A DNA stretch of 64,000 bases from Escherichia phage FFH2. Below the pieces are notes generated by a model that saw only the letters and a list, made by a program, of their open reading frames with translations, did no database searches and was not told the origin of the DNA. A program made the position numbers and the translations under genes. Numbering within the stretch: position 1 is the stretch's first letter; each line of letters opens with the position of its first letter. This document shows, piece by piece, positions 9,101 to 17,903 of this stretch. The stretch lies in sequence record KJ190158; one strand, 5' to 3'.

Positions 9101-9409
9101 ATGCTTAAAATTTTTATTATTGAAGATAAAGATATTGTCCAGTTGTATGCAAACGAGAATCATAAAGGTATGATTCTGAAGAAGGCAAGCAACCTTCATG
9201 AAAACACAATTCAACCTGGCGATGTAATTAAGATCTGTGGTTATATGATACCAGACTCCTTGATGAAAATAACCCACCACTGGGGGTCTAATCCGTTCCT
9301 TTTTGAAAAGTATTGGGATGTTGAGTCACTTATTGCAGAGAGTGATGATGCATTCCATTACAGCATTCAACCATCTTGCAGAATAACTAACAGGAGGGTC
9401 TTTGAGTAG
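9101..9409 (+). CDS. hypothetical protein (102 aa)
   Basis: ORF with AGGAG SD. Confidence 0.4.
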   Translation: MLKIFIIEDKDIVQLYANENHKGMILKKASNLHENTIQPGDVIKICGYMIPDSLMKITHHWGSNPFLFEKYWDVESLIAESDDAFHYSIQPSCRITNRRVFE

Positions 9410-10541
9410 AGAATATCCACTTATTGAGTCCATAGATTGTCTGGCTGATCTTCTTGAACCTGACGCTATAGTTTATTATGACTTCGATCAGGTTGCATAT
9501 CAAGCTGCAGCAAGTTGTGAAAAAAGGACAATTGAGGTAACACACAAAGCCTCCGGACGTAAGAAGATGTTTAAAACACGAACAGAGTTCTGGGGGCGGC
9601 AGAAGAACACCGTTGGTGGTTGGTTAAAAGCTGAGAATACCAACCGTGAAGCTGCATGTAAAAAGGCTGGCAAGGAGTTTATTCCGTGGACACGGGAAGA
9701 TTTTGATGTCTTGGATATCCAAACCCCTGATCCTGTAGAGAACTGCTTGCACACAATTAAGTGTAAAGCTAATGCAGTCCTTAATTATCTCGGTATTCCG
9801 GAAGATCGGTGCGTGGGGGTACTTGGAGGCACAGGTAATTTCAGACTAGATCTTCCCATGCCGGAAAGATATAAAGCCAACCGTAACAATACTCTTCGAC
9901 CACTGCTGCTTGGAGATGCAAGACAGTATCTCCAAAAGCAGTATAATGCTCAAGTGATCAACGGTATCGAGGCTGATGACTGGTTAGCTATCCAGCAATT
10001 TGAAGGTTGGAACCACTACCAAAAAACAGGTAAGTTCAACAAGTTTATTATCTCTATTGATAAGGACCAAAGAACACTACCGGGGCTTGTGTTCGATCCC
10101 ATGCGAAACGATAAGGGAGATTTTGTAAGGGAAACCCCTATGCTGATCGATAACGGTATGGGTAACATCTTCATGAAGCCTAATGGAGAGGTTGGTGGTT
10201 ACGGAATGCTGTTCTTCGGATACCAAATGCTGTGTGGTGACTCTGCTGACAACATCAAGCCGTATCAAGGACTTATCGGTAAGGGTAAGTTCGGGGATGC
10301 CTCAGCATTCTACCTGCTGTCTCAGTGCAGCACTCCAAAGGAGATGTGGGTGGCTATTATTGATCAGTACAAGAAGTGGTTCCCGAAAGGTGTTGTTAAG
10401 TATACTGATTTCAATGGTATTGATCGTAGAATTTCCGTAGGTCAGTGGATGAGTATAATTTTTGACTGTTTGTATATGAAGCGAACATTCAATGATCAAA
10501 CAAAACTTGTTAACGTTCTTAGAAATGTTGGAGCAATTTGA
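9402..10541 (+). CDS. 5'-3' exonuclease / flap endonuclease (FEN, RNase H-like)
   Basis: ERYKANR and GIEADDWLA match the YKxxR and G-EADD motifs of 5' nucleases; TTG start with AGGAGGG SD. Confidence 0.65.
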   Translation: MSREYPLIESIDCLADLLEPDAIVYYDFDQVAYQAAASCEKRTIEVTHKASGRKKMFKTRTEFWGRQKNTVGGWLKAENTNREAACKKAGKEFIPWTREDFDVLDIQTPDPVENCLHTIKCKANAVLNYLGIPEDRCVGVLGGTGNFRLDLPMPERYKANRNNTLRPLLLGDARQYLQKQYNAQVINGIEADDWLAIQQFEGWNHYQKTGKFNKFIISIDKDQRTLPGLVFDPMRNDKGDFVRETPMLIDNGMGNIFMKPNGEVGGYGMLFFGYQMLCGDSADNIKPYQGLIGKGKFGDASAFYLLSQCSTPKEMWVAIIDQYKKWFPKGVVKYTDFNGIDRRISVGQWMSIIFDCLYMKRTFNDQTKLVNVLRNVGAI

Positions 10542-10873
10542 TGACTAAAAACTCTGTAGATAGTGCAATTATGGAAGCTGTTTTTGAGGATGATCATACA
10601 ACAGGGGCCATTAAAACAAAAAATACATTCGTTGTTGCCACAGGTATGTGGCGGTTGTATGAAGATGACACCATTTCATACATCCTGTACACAGATGATT
10701 ACGCAGATGACCGTGTATGGTCTGCTGTTTTAAAAGAGGATTGTGAGTTGATTGAGGGCGAGCGGTTATGCATGTTCACCAGTGTGGAAACAGATGTTAA
10801 GCTTTGCTCTCTCGTCTTGTTCAAAGATAAGGCTTATGCTCCTGATGAAGGAGAGGAGGATGAGGAAGCATGA
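10538..10873 (+). CDS. hypothetical acidic protein (111 aa)
   Basis: Overlapping start/stop with neighbours. Confidence 0.35.
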   Translation: MMTKNSVDSAIMEAVFEDDHTTGAIKTKNTFVVATGMWRLYEDDTISYILYTDDYADDRVWSAVLKEDCELIEGERLCMFTSVETDVKLCSLVLFKDKAYAPDEGEEDEEA

Positions 10874-11499
10874 GAGAGCGTCTATTATCCATAGACCAGT
10901 CGTTGACACACACAGCTTGCGTTGTATGGGACGATGGAAAGCCTGTTCATAAGGTTGTGTTACGAACTCAAAGCTCATCTGCAAAAGAGAAGAAACCAGG
11001 GACGGTTTCTTTTGCAACAGCTGCTGAGCGTATTGACTGGATCTGCAAACAGGTCAGATATTATATCCACACGCATCACGTTGACACCGTGGTTATGGAA
11101 GGGCTTTCCTTTGGATCACGCGGGGATGCCACACGTGAACTGGCTGGGTTGTTTTACGGTCTTGAAATTATGCTTTGGGATGCCTTAGCTGATTGTGAAA
11201 ATGACGGCCTGTTTAAGGTCCACACAGTGACACCAACAACTGCCAAAAAGTTTGCTCGTAGTCATCTTCCTGAAGAACTTGCTTTTGAGGAGAAGAAAAA
11301 GCTTGACAAAAAGACAGGTAAAGAGCATACTGTGAAGAAACCTGTTACAATGGATAAAAAGTTGATGGTTAAGGCCTGCGAAGTATCTGAACCTGGGTTC
11401 CTAGACGGGATCAATTTGGTACAAGGTAAGGCCGATCTCGCAGATGCTTATTGGATAGGCAGGGCTCATCTGGAGGGATTATCGCAAAGCGTAAAATAA
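10870..11499 (+). CDS. putative RuvC-like Holliday junction resolvase
   Basis: N-terminal SIDQSLTHTACVV resembles the RuvC GIDPG...G.. strand-1 motif; weak. Confidence 0.4.
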   Translation: MRERLLSIDQSLTHTACVVWDDGKPVHKVVLRTQSSSAKEKKPGTVSFATAAERIDWICKQVRYYIHTHHVDTVVMEGLSFGSRGDATRELAGLFYGLEIMLWDALADCENDGLFKVHTVTPTTAKKFARSHLPEELAFEEKKKLDKKTGKEHTVKKPVTMDKKLMVKACEVSEPGFLDGINLVQGKADLADAYWIGRAHLEGLSQSVK

Positions 11500-12056
11500 G
11501 AAAGAAAGCTGTCAAAGCCCCAGTTCATAACGGGTGGTTAAAAGATTCTAAGGACATAGCCAACTTTCGAAAAGAATTGTCAGAGGAGCAGGATGGTCTT
11601 GATCCGATCTTGTGCGAGCCACTTCGTAAGCCTTGTTTAGATCATGATCATCTGACTGGTCGTTGCAGGGGTGTTTTGTCTCAATGCACTAATACCTTTG
11701 AGGGGTATGTGCTTAAATACTGGATGAAATACTGTAACGAGTATACAGATTGCAGTTTATCAGAGGCGTTGCGCCGGATGGCTGACTATTTGGAGAAAGA
11801 CTACAGCGACTTCCCGCTCCACAAAAACTACAGAGATGATATGACAAAGTTCTTGAGGAGATGCTCTAAAGCTACGATTATTGCACGAGCAGAATCAGAT
11901 CTCAATCTTGTCATTGATCCGGAGTGCACCAAGCATGAGGCTATTGAGTTCTACATGCAAGAGTTTATAAAGAAAACTGAGGAGAGAGATTTCTATGGGG
12001 ATGAAAAAGGTATTCAATCCTTGCGACTCGGTCCTGATCAGGATGAAATACCGTAA
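11451..12056 (+). CDS. endonuclease VII-like (T4 gp49 family) protein
   Basis: CLDHDHLTGRCRGVLSQCTN matches the Endo VII Zn/HNH-like core (DHDH.TG..RG.LC..CN); annotated start overlaps upstream gene. Confidence 0.55.
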   Translation: MDRQGSSGGIIAKRKIRKKAVKAPVHNGWLKDSKDIANFRKELSEEQDGLDPILCEPLRKPCLDHDHLTGRCRGVLSQCTNTFEGYVLKYWMKYCNEYTDCSLSEALRRMADYLEKDYSDFPLHKNYRDDMTKFLRRCSKATIIARAESDLNLVIDPECTKHEAIEFYMQEFIKKTEERDFYGDEKGIQSLRLGPDQDEIP

Positions 12057-12216
12057 CTGGAAAGGTGTTGTTGCAGATCGCTGCGTTACTGAGCCTAATT
12101 TATGGTTTGGCTCTACAGAGTATCATAAAGAAGAGCAGTGGTTGATGCGTGCCTTCGATGTAGACAAGGGCGAATATCGTGACTTCGCTTTAAAAGACAT
12201 TCTTCAGTTTTACTAA
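11995..12216 (+). CDS. hypothetical protein (73 aa)
   Basis: Co-oriented ORF. Confidence 0.3.
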   Translation: MGMKKVFNPCDSVLIRMKYRNWKGVVADRCVTEPNLWFGSTEYHKEEQWLMRAFDVDKGEYRDFALKDILQFY

Positions 12217-12228
12217 GGAATCTTAACG

Positions 12229-13212
12229 ATGATGACAAAGTTAACTCTTGAGCAAATTTTAACACTAAAGCAACAGGGATACACTAATAGACAAATTGCT
12301 CGTGAATTTTTAGGCCGTGAGTCACGTGAGAGCTGGATCCGACTGCAGCTTAAACGTGCACAAGAGAATATGTCAGAGATTGTAGGAGAAGCAACGGAGC
12401 GCTTCCTTGAAGAGCACAAAGGTGCTAAAGTTTGGGTGTATGATACAGAGACATCTCCAACAAACGGCTGGTTCTTTGGGCACTATAAGACCAACATTCA
12501 AACCTGCGGTATTGAAATTATGCCATATATGCTAACTTTCGCAGGTAAGTGGTTAGACAGTCCTAGTGTGGTTGACTGCGCTCTTCCTGATTATAAAATG
12601 TGGAGCGAAGATATTCACAATGATCTTGAATTGATTCAGGACTTGTGGTATTATCTTGATAAATGCGATGTAGCAGTAGCCCACAATTCAGGTTTTGACT
12701 GTGGGTGGGCCAACCAACGATTTGCATTTCACGGGTTGCCTCCAACAAGCTCCTACAAAGAGGTTGACACCCTTAAAATGATCAAGAAGGCATTCCGTTT
12801 GAATGCAAACACTTTAGAGTATGCATGCAAATACTTCCAACTGGCCCGACAGAAACTGATTGACCACACATTTGAAATGTGGATCAAGTGTGTCCATGGC
12901 GATCTTGAGGCATTTAAACAGATGCGGGAGTATAATGTTGGTGATATCCTGTCTCTGGAAGGCTTGTATTTGCTGGCTCGCCCGTTTGCTAAGCAGCACC
13001 CAAACATGTCATTGTACTACCAGGACGAGGAGCCAAAGGTTCGTTGCCCACGCTGTGGTGGAGAACACCTTCACGAGGAAGAAGCTTTGGCGTATACTCA
13101 GCTGAGTGCATTTAAAACATACCGCTGCGAAGGTTGTGGATCTGTTGTTCGTGATCGTAACAACATCCGTACCAGAGAAGAGATGAAAAACACCCTGATT
13201 CAGATAATCTAA
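12229..13212 (+). CDS. DEDDy 3'-5' exonuclease with N-terminal HTH and C-terminal zinc ribbon
   Basis: Exo I VYDTETS, Exo II HNSGFD, Exo III YNVGD; CPRCGG...CEGCG. Confidence 0.6.
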   Translation: MMTKLTLEQILTLKQQGYTNRQIAREFLGRESRESWIRLQLKRAQENMSEIVGEATERFLEEHKGAKVWVYDTETSPTNGWFFGHYKTNIQTCGIEIMPYMLTFAGKWLDSPSVVDCALPDYKMWSEDIHNDLELIQDLWYYLDKCDVAVAHNSGFDCGWANQRFAFHGLPPTSSYKEVDTLKMIKKAFRLNANTLEYACKYFQLARQKLIDHTFEMWIKCVHGDLEAFKQMREYNVGDILSLEGLYLLARPFAKQHPNMSLYYQDEEPKVRCPRCGGEHLHEEEALAYTQLSAFKTYRCEGCGSVVRDRNNIRTREEMKNTLIQII

Positions 13213-13216
13213 CAAG

Positions 13217-13248
13217 TAGAGGGAGGCTTGCGCCTCCCTTTTCCTTTT
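13217..13248 (+). terminator. intrinsic terminator-like hairpin (GGGAGGC ttgc GCCTCCC + T-rich)
   Basis: Read directly; overlaps the annotated non-ATG start of the next ORF. Confidence 0.45.
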
Positions 13249-14076
13249 GGAGGCACTTTGAGCAAGAAAGAGTCTAACGACAAATACTACACAAACCCTG
13301 AGTATGCAGAATATCTTGTTGGTAGAGTAAAAGACAAGTATGGGAATTGTGCATACGTTGAGCCTTCTGCTGGAAGGGGTTCTTTTTCAAAACTATTTTC
13401 AGAGATACTGTCGTACGATCTAGTACCAGATCCTGAATTTGAAGGACCAACACCGTGCATTCAGGCAAACTTCTTGGAGGTGCATCCCAAGGCAGATGTC
13501 TTCATAGGTAACCCACCATTTGGCAAGAATTCATCTTTAGCTTGCAAATTCTTTAACCATTGTGCATCGTTGCTAGATCTTGGCGGGGCTATAGCCTTCA
13601 TCTTGCCACGGACATTTGAAAAAATATTTTTTGCAAACAAACTGGACATGTCTATGCACCTTGTCTACAGCGAAAGGTGCCCTAAGAACTCGTTTTTACT
13701 TAATGGCAAACCTTATGACGTGCCATGTGTTTTCCAAATTTGGGAGAAAAAGGCGTGCAATAGGGATCCTGTAGAGATTGGAGAGAATAGGTTATTTTCT
13801 TTTAGCACACCAGATGACTACGACTTCTGTGTAAGACGTGTTGGGTATAATGCTGGAAAAGTATTGGGTGATGATGACCCAAAATCTAAAGAATCTACAT
13901 ATTTCATAAAATCTTTAGTTGACGGTGTTGACAGAGTGTTTGCTGAATGCTATTCTTCTTTTCAAGAAGAAGCAGGTAAGACTGCTGGAATGAAGAGTAT
14001 AGGCAAGAAAGAACTACAATACATTTTGGAGACCCGGTATGATCAAAAGTATAGACTTGACCAAAGAACTTACTGA
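13228..14076 (+). CDS. N6-adenine DNA methyltransferase-like protein
   Basis: AdoMet motif VEPSAGRGSF and catalytic NPPF (FIGNPPFGKN); non-ATG start, exact start uncertain. Confidence 0.6.
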   Translation: MRLPFPFGGTLSKKESNDKYYTNPEYAEYLVGRVKDKYGNCAYVEPSAGRGSFSKLFSEILSYDLVPDPEFEGPTPCIQANFLEVHPKADVFIGNPPFGKNSSLACKFFNHCASLLDLGGAIAFILPRTFEKIFFANKLDMSMHLVYSERCPKNSFLLNGKPYDVPCVFQIWEKKACNRDPVEIGENRLFSFSTPDDYDFCVRRVGYNAGKVLGDDDPKSKESTYFIKSLVDGVDRVFAECYSSFQEEAGKTAGMKSIGKKELQYILETRYDQKYRLDQRTY

Positions 14077-14497
14077 TGCAAAAGCTTTTGGTGAGACAGC
14101 AGTACAAAGGGGGCAGGCGATGGGACTGGCACTACCTTTCGTCTTAAAAGAGCACTTTACAGATTTTCAACTTATCAAGGGTGATAAGGGAATGCTTATC
14201 CTGGAGCATAAGTTGAGTAAGAAACGCTATAAAGTTGTTTTTAATTCTAAAGCTCCAACAAAACTGGGATTCAGAACTTACAATCTTAACCCATCCTACA
14301 CTAAGGGTGTTGGAAGGGTAGAACAACAGCATTTCAGTGCCAGAGCTTCTTTAGCCCCTTTGATGCTAAATTTCTCAGGGGTGGCTTTAGGATACCTTGA
14401 TAAGAAAAGAGTTCTTCATGTCCGTTTCACAGACTTTGTAACGCTCTTAGCTAACAACGAGGTTGATGAAAAGGGACGTGTAAAAACAAACTTCTAA
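14039..14497 (+). CDS. hypothetical protein (152 aa)
   Basis: Co-oriented ORF. Confidence 0.35.
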   Translation: MIKSIDLTKELTDAKAFGETAVQRGQAMGLALPFVLKEHFTDFQLIKGDKGMLILEHKLSKKRYKVVFNSKAPTKLGFRTYNLNPSYTKGVGRVEQQHFSARASLAPLMLNFSGVALGYLDKKRVLHVRFTDFVTLLANNEVDEKGRVKTNF

Positions 14498-14512
14498 TAA
14501 CGCATAGTATGA

Positions 14513-14716
14513 TTGGAGACCGAAATGACACTAAAGTTAACAATTCCAGACAGCTTTTCAGAAAACTTTATCCCAGAAATGATGAGTAAGATGCGATCAT
14601 TGCTTGATCAGATTGAGGAGGCTGTTTGGGAAGACGATGCTGTAGTGGCTAACGAGCTGGTAGATAAGTGTAAAAGTATTATTGATGCAGTTGAAGAATA
14701 CCACGGAGGTTTTTGA
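14513..14716 (+). CDS. hypothetical protein (67 aa)
   Basis: ORF; ATGA overlap with next gene. Confidence 0.35.
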   Translation: METEMTLKLTIPDSFSENFIPEMMSKMRSLLDQIEEAVWEDDAVVANELVDKCKSIIDAVEEYHGGF

Positions 14717-15330
14717 TGGATATTATTGTTCTTAACGCCCCACCCAGCAGTGGTAAGGATCACATTGCAGATCTCTTGTTGGAAGCTATTCCTAACTCAC
14801 ACCACCGCGAGGTTAAGGAGATGCTCTTTAGTGTGGCAATTAAGGCAGCTGGTGTAACTCCTCAACTCTGGAATGCACTTTATGACCGCCACTACAAAGA
14901 AGAGCCTTGCCCTTTCTTAATGATAGACGGCAAGCATGTTTCTCCGCGAGAATGGATGATCCATTGTAGTGAAAATCTGATTAAACCTATCTTTGGTGAA
15001 GATGCTTTCGGTAAAGCCGCAGTCGCATCTTTGAAGAAAGATTTCCCTAAAGGTAAAGGGGTTGTTGTTTACTCCGATGGTGGATTCAAAGAGGAGCTGG
15101 CATGCCTTAGCGAGTACGCATACAGCACAGGTGGAGATCTGTTGTTGTTCCGTATTCACCGTGTCGGATATGACTGGGGAAATGATTCCAGAACCTATCT
15201 AAGTCTGGAAAAGAACGGAATAAAAGGAATTGAGTTTGATGTTGTAAACCCTGAAGGTGCACCTTGGGAATGTGCATCGGAGATTGTGTGCAAGTATATT
15301 GATGCTAAAGAGGCCCAAGAAGAATGTTAA
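14713..15330 (+). CDS. deoxynucleoside monophosphate kinase-like P-loop protein
   Basis: N-terminal IIVLNAPPSSGKDHIADLL resembles the T4 gp1 dNMP kinase P-loop (SGKD..AD). Confidence 0.5.
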   Translation: MMDIIVLNAPPSSGKDHIADLLLEAIPNSHHREVKEMLFSVAIKAAGVTPQLWNALYDRHYKEEPCPFLMIDGKHVSPREWMIHCSENLIKPIFGEDAFGKAAVASLKKDFPKGKGVVVYSDGGFKEELACLSEYAYSTGGDLLLFRIHRVGYDWGNDSRTYLSLEKNGIKGIEFDVVNPEGAPWECASEIVCKYIDAKEAQEEC

Positions 15331-15917
15331 TCGGAATTGATGTAGATTTGACACTGGTAGATTCAGGAACAGCATGGTGGGAGTGGTTGGAGCGTTTGTA
15401 TGGTCCAGCCAGTAAGACAGTCGCTAAACCTTCTAATGGACTGATGTATTACGATCTGTCAAAGTATTGGCCTGATCGCCCCAAAGAAAACATCATAGGG
15501 CCTTTTGATTTCTGGAGTGACCCATTCCTCTACGACTTTCTTAAGCCTGAAGAGGGGGCTATTGAGGTTATGAAAGATTTGGTGGCTCGTGGTCACAAGC
15601 TTGCATTTATCTCGGTATGCAAGAAAGGTCACCTTGCATCTAAATCAAGGTTCTTAAAGCGTTGGACCAGTGATTTTATGGATCTGGACGATCACACCCA
15701 GGGTCACGGCTTCTACGCCACACATTTCAAAGGAAATGTGGCTGTAGATGTTATAATTGACGACAGGCATGAATACCTTAACCAATTCGCTTCACGACCT
15801 GAAGTTATTAAAATCCTAAAAGATACGCCTTATGAGCAATTCGAGGAGTTAAAGGTCAGTGTTGACTATACCGCTAATAGTTGGTATAAAATAGGAAAGT
15901 TTTTAGAAGGTATTTGA
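15324..15917 (+). CDS. HAD-superfamily phosphatase (putative 5'-deoxynucleotidase)
   Basis: N-terminal DxDxT motif (GIDVDLTLVD). Confidence 0.45.
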   Translation: MLIGIDVDLTLVDSGTAWWEWLERLYGPASKTVAKPSNGLMYYDLSKYWPDRPKENIIGPFDFWSDPFLYDFLKPEEGAIEVMKDLVARGHKLAFISVCKKGHLASKSRFLKRWTSDFMDLDDHTQGHGFYATHFKGNVAVDVIIDDRHEYLNQFASRPEVIKILKDTPYEQFEELKVSVDYTANSWYKIGKFLEGI

Positions 15918-15918
15918 A

Positions 15919-16119
15919 ATGGGCAGATGTTCTAAAGGTGGCGATCCTGTAGTCAGATACGGTGACTGGCTGGAGGTATATGATCTGGGGGGTAAGCTAG
16001 TGTATGCCTCCAGGATCACCCAAGATATGTGCTCTGATATGTTTAACAGATACCTTGCATTTAAGGCCAATATAAACCCAGACGAAATTTCCAAAATTAA
16101 AACAAGGAGAGCTAAATAA
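15919..16119 (+). CDS. hypothetical protein (66 aa)
   Basis: ORF abutting thyX. Confidence 0.3.
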   Translation: MGRCSKGGDPVVRYGDWLEVYDLGGKLVYASRITQDMCSDMFNRYLAFKANINPDEISKIKTRRAK

Positions 16120-17102
16120 TGCTAAAACTGTGCACTGCAAAGATCATTGCTGACAGCATTTCCGAGAAAGGTAAGCGTATCACCACTTTTGAACTAGAGT
16201 ATCCTCGAATTATTCACTCAGAGCTTATGACGCACCGAGTATTCAGCCGAAACGCCATGTCTTCCCGTGCAGTGCCTGTCGGCAAGATGCTGCAGCAGAT
16301 TGTGGAGAATCCGGCAATGCCAGTTCGCTTCGGTGTAAATAAGCGAGGGATGGAAGATGGTGGGGAACACGATCAAAAGATCCGTGTAGAGTACACTGAC
16401 ATGGAGCTAACCCCTGAAGAGTTTTGGAAAGAAGCTGCAAAAAACGCCGCTTGGCATGCAGAGAAGTTCGCCCTTGCTGGTTACCATAAACAAGTATGTA
16501 ACCGCTTAGTGGAGCCGTTTCAGCGCATGAAAACAGTTGTAACAAGCACAGAGTGGAATAATTTTTTCCATCTCCGTTGCTGGCACGATGCGGATCCTAC
16601 GATTCAGATGTTGGCTAATTGTATGTGGGAAGCTCTTGTGAATAGCACTCCTGAAATCCTTAAACCAGGTCAATGGCACACTCCATATGTAGAGCACGTT
16701 TATTTGGACGGAGAGTTTAACTACGCTGTACGTGACACAGAAGGAAAGCTCTGCATTCTTGATACTAAAGAAGCTCTGTCTATTAGTGCTAGTTGCTGTG
16801 CACAAGTATCTTATCGAAATATTGACAGCACGTTTGAAAAGGCAGACAGTGTGGCTAAAAAATTGATTGGTGGGGATCGTATTCATGCAAGCCCTTACGA
16901 ACACCAGGCAACACCTATGGATCATGATAACGCAATGGAACGTTTAAACTACTACCTATCTTCATGTGAAATCACACAAGACATTAGTACTTGGCAGGAA
17001 GGTGTAACCCATCAAGACCGTGATGGTAAATTCTGGTCTGCCAACTTTTGTGGGTGGGTTCAGCACAGACAACTGCTTAATAACCACTTCGTGAAAGGTT
17101 AA
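16119..17102 (+). CDS. thyX: flavin-dependent thymidylate synthase ThyX
   Basis: ThyX signature RHRxxSxxxxSxR present (THRVFSRNAMSSRAV). Confidence 0.85.
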   Translation: MLKLCTAKIIADSISEKGKRITTFELEYPRIIHSELMTHRVFSRNAMSSRAVPVGKMLQQIVENPAMPVRFGVNKRGMEDGGEHDQKIRVEYTDMELTPEEFWKEAAKNAAWHAEKFALAGYHKQVCNRLVEPFQRMKTVVTSTEWNNFFHLRCWHDADPTIQMLANCMWEALVNSTPEILKPGQWHTPYVEHVYLDGEFNYAVRDTEGKLCILDTKEALSISASCCAQVSYRNIDSTFEKADSVAKKLIGGDRIHASPYEHQATPMDHDNAMERLNYYLSSCEITQDISTWQEGVTHQDRDGKFWSANFCGWVQHRQLLNNHFVKG

Positions 17103-17131
17103 TCCTATCACAGCGATAGGTAACTTTTGTG

Positions 17132-17160
17132 TTGACTAATAGTATCAGATAATCTATAAT
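17132..17160 (+). promoter_or_regulatory. sigma70-like promoter (TTGACT-17-TATAAT)
   Basis: Read directly; immediately upstream of ORF 17162. Confidence 0.5.
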
Positions 17161-17161
17161 A

Positions 17162-17662
17162 ATGGCTCACTTTGTTGGTGAGCCAGAAATGGAGACAGAT
17201 ATGAGTAATGTTATGATTCCTAAAAAGACATTTATTTCAGTTACTTTAGATTTCCTAGCTACCGTCCCTGGGTTTAACGTTCGCACACGAAACGGTCTCC
17301 GAGCTGCACTCTTCGCCGTAGGGTTTGATTTAAAAAATATTGATGTTCTTCGTGGAAAAAACGTTAGATGCAAAAATAAGCCAACCCATTATCGAAAGGC
17401 AGATGTATTTGCTGGTGTCATGCGTGCAGACTTTAGATACCCACAAATGTATAACGGTGTAGATATTTTAGATGTAGATAAAGCACCTGGTGAGGCAATG
17501 CTTGTTCAAGATCTTCCGTATGATATCCCTGTAGAGGATCGTGTTAATGTAAGAAAGTATACAAAACAATCTGAAAAGGCTGAAGATATTCATATTGTTG
17601 ATGAACCTTTCAATTTTGAAGATCTGCATCGCCTAGAAAAATTATTCGGTATTGAAAGCTAA
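17162..17662 (+). CDS. hypothetical protein (166 aa)
   Basis: ORF downstream of consensus promoter. Confidence 0.4.
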   Translation: MAHFVGEPEMETDMSNVMIPKKTFISVTLDFLATVPGFNVRTRNGLRAALFAVGFDLKNIDVLRGKNVRCKNKPTHYRKADVFAGVMRADFRYPQMYNGVDILDVDKAPGEAMLVQDLPYDIPVEDRVNVRKYTKQSEKAEDIHIVDEPFNFEDLHRLEKLFGIES

Positions 17663-17903
17663 GGTGGTGAAGATGAGTCATAACTCCAAGTGGAAGGATC
17701 TTGGTTTTGCAAGTCGGGCAGAATATGTTGGCTGGCTTTGGTTCAACGGCCTGACAAACGATATTAAAATGTATGATGATGTTTATTATGACGAGTATAC
17801 AGGTAAAATTATAAATATCTCTGTAGAAGAGGATACCTTTGTCCAGCAAGATACTGATACCTGCCTTGATAAATACGTTAATGAAGCGGAGGAAGCAAAT
17901 TGA
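17652..17903 (+). CDS. hypothetical protein (83 aa)
   Basis: ORF overlapping nrdA start. Confidence 0.35.
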   Translation: MKAKVVKMSHNSKWKDLGFASRAEYVGWLWFNGLTNDIKMYDDVYYDEYTGKIINISVEEDTFVQQDTDTCLDKYVNEAEEAN

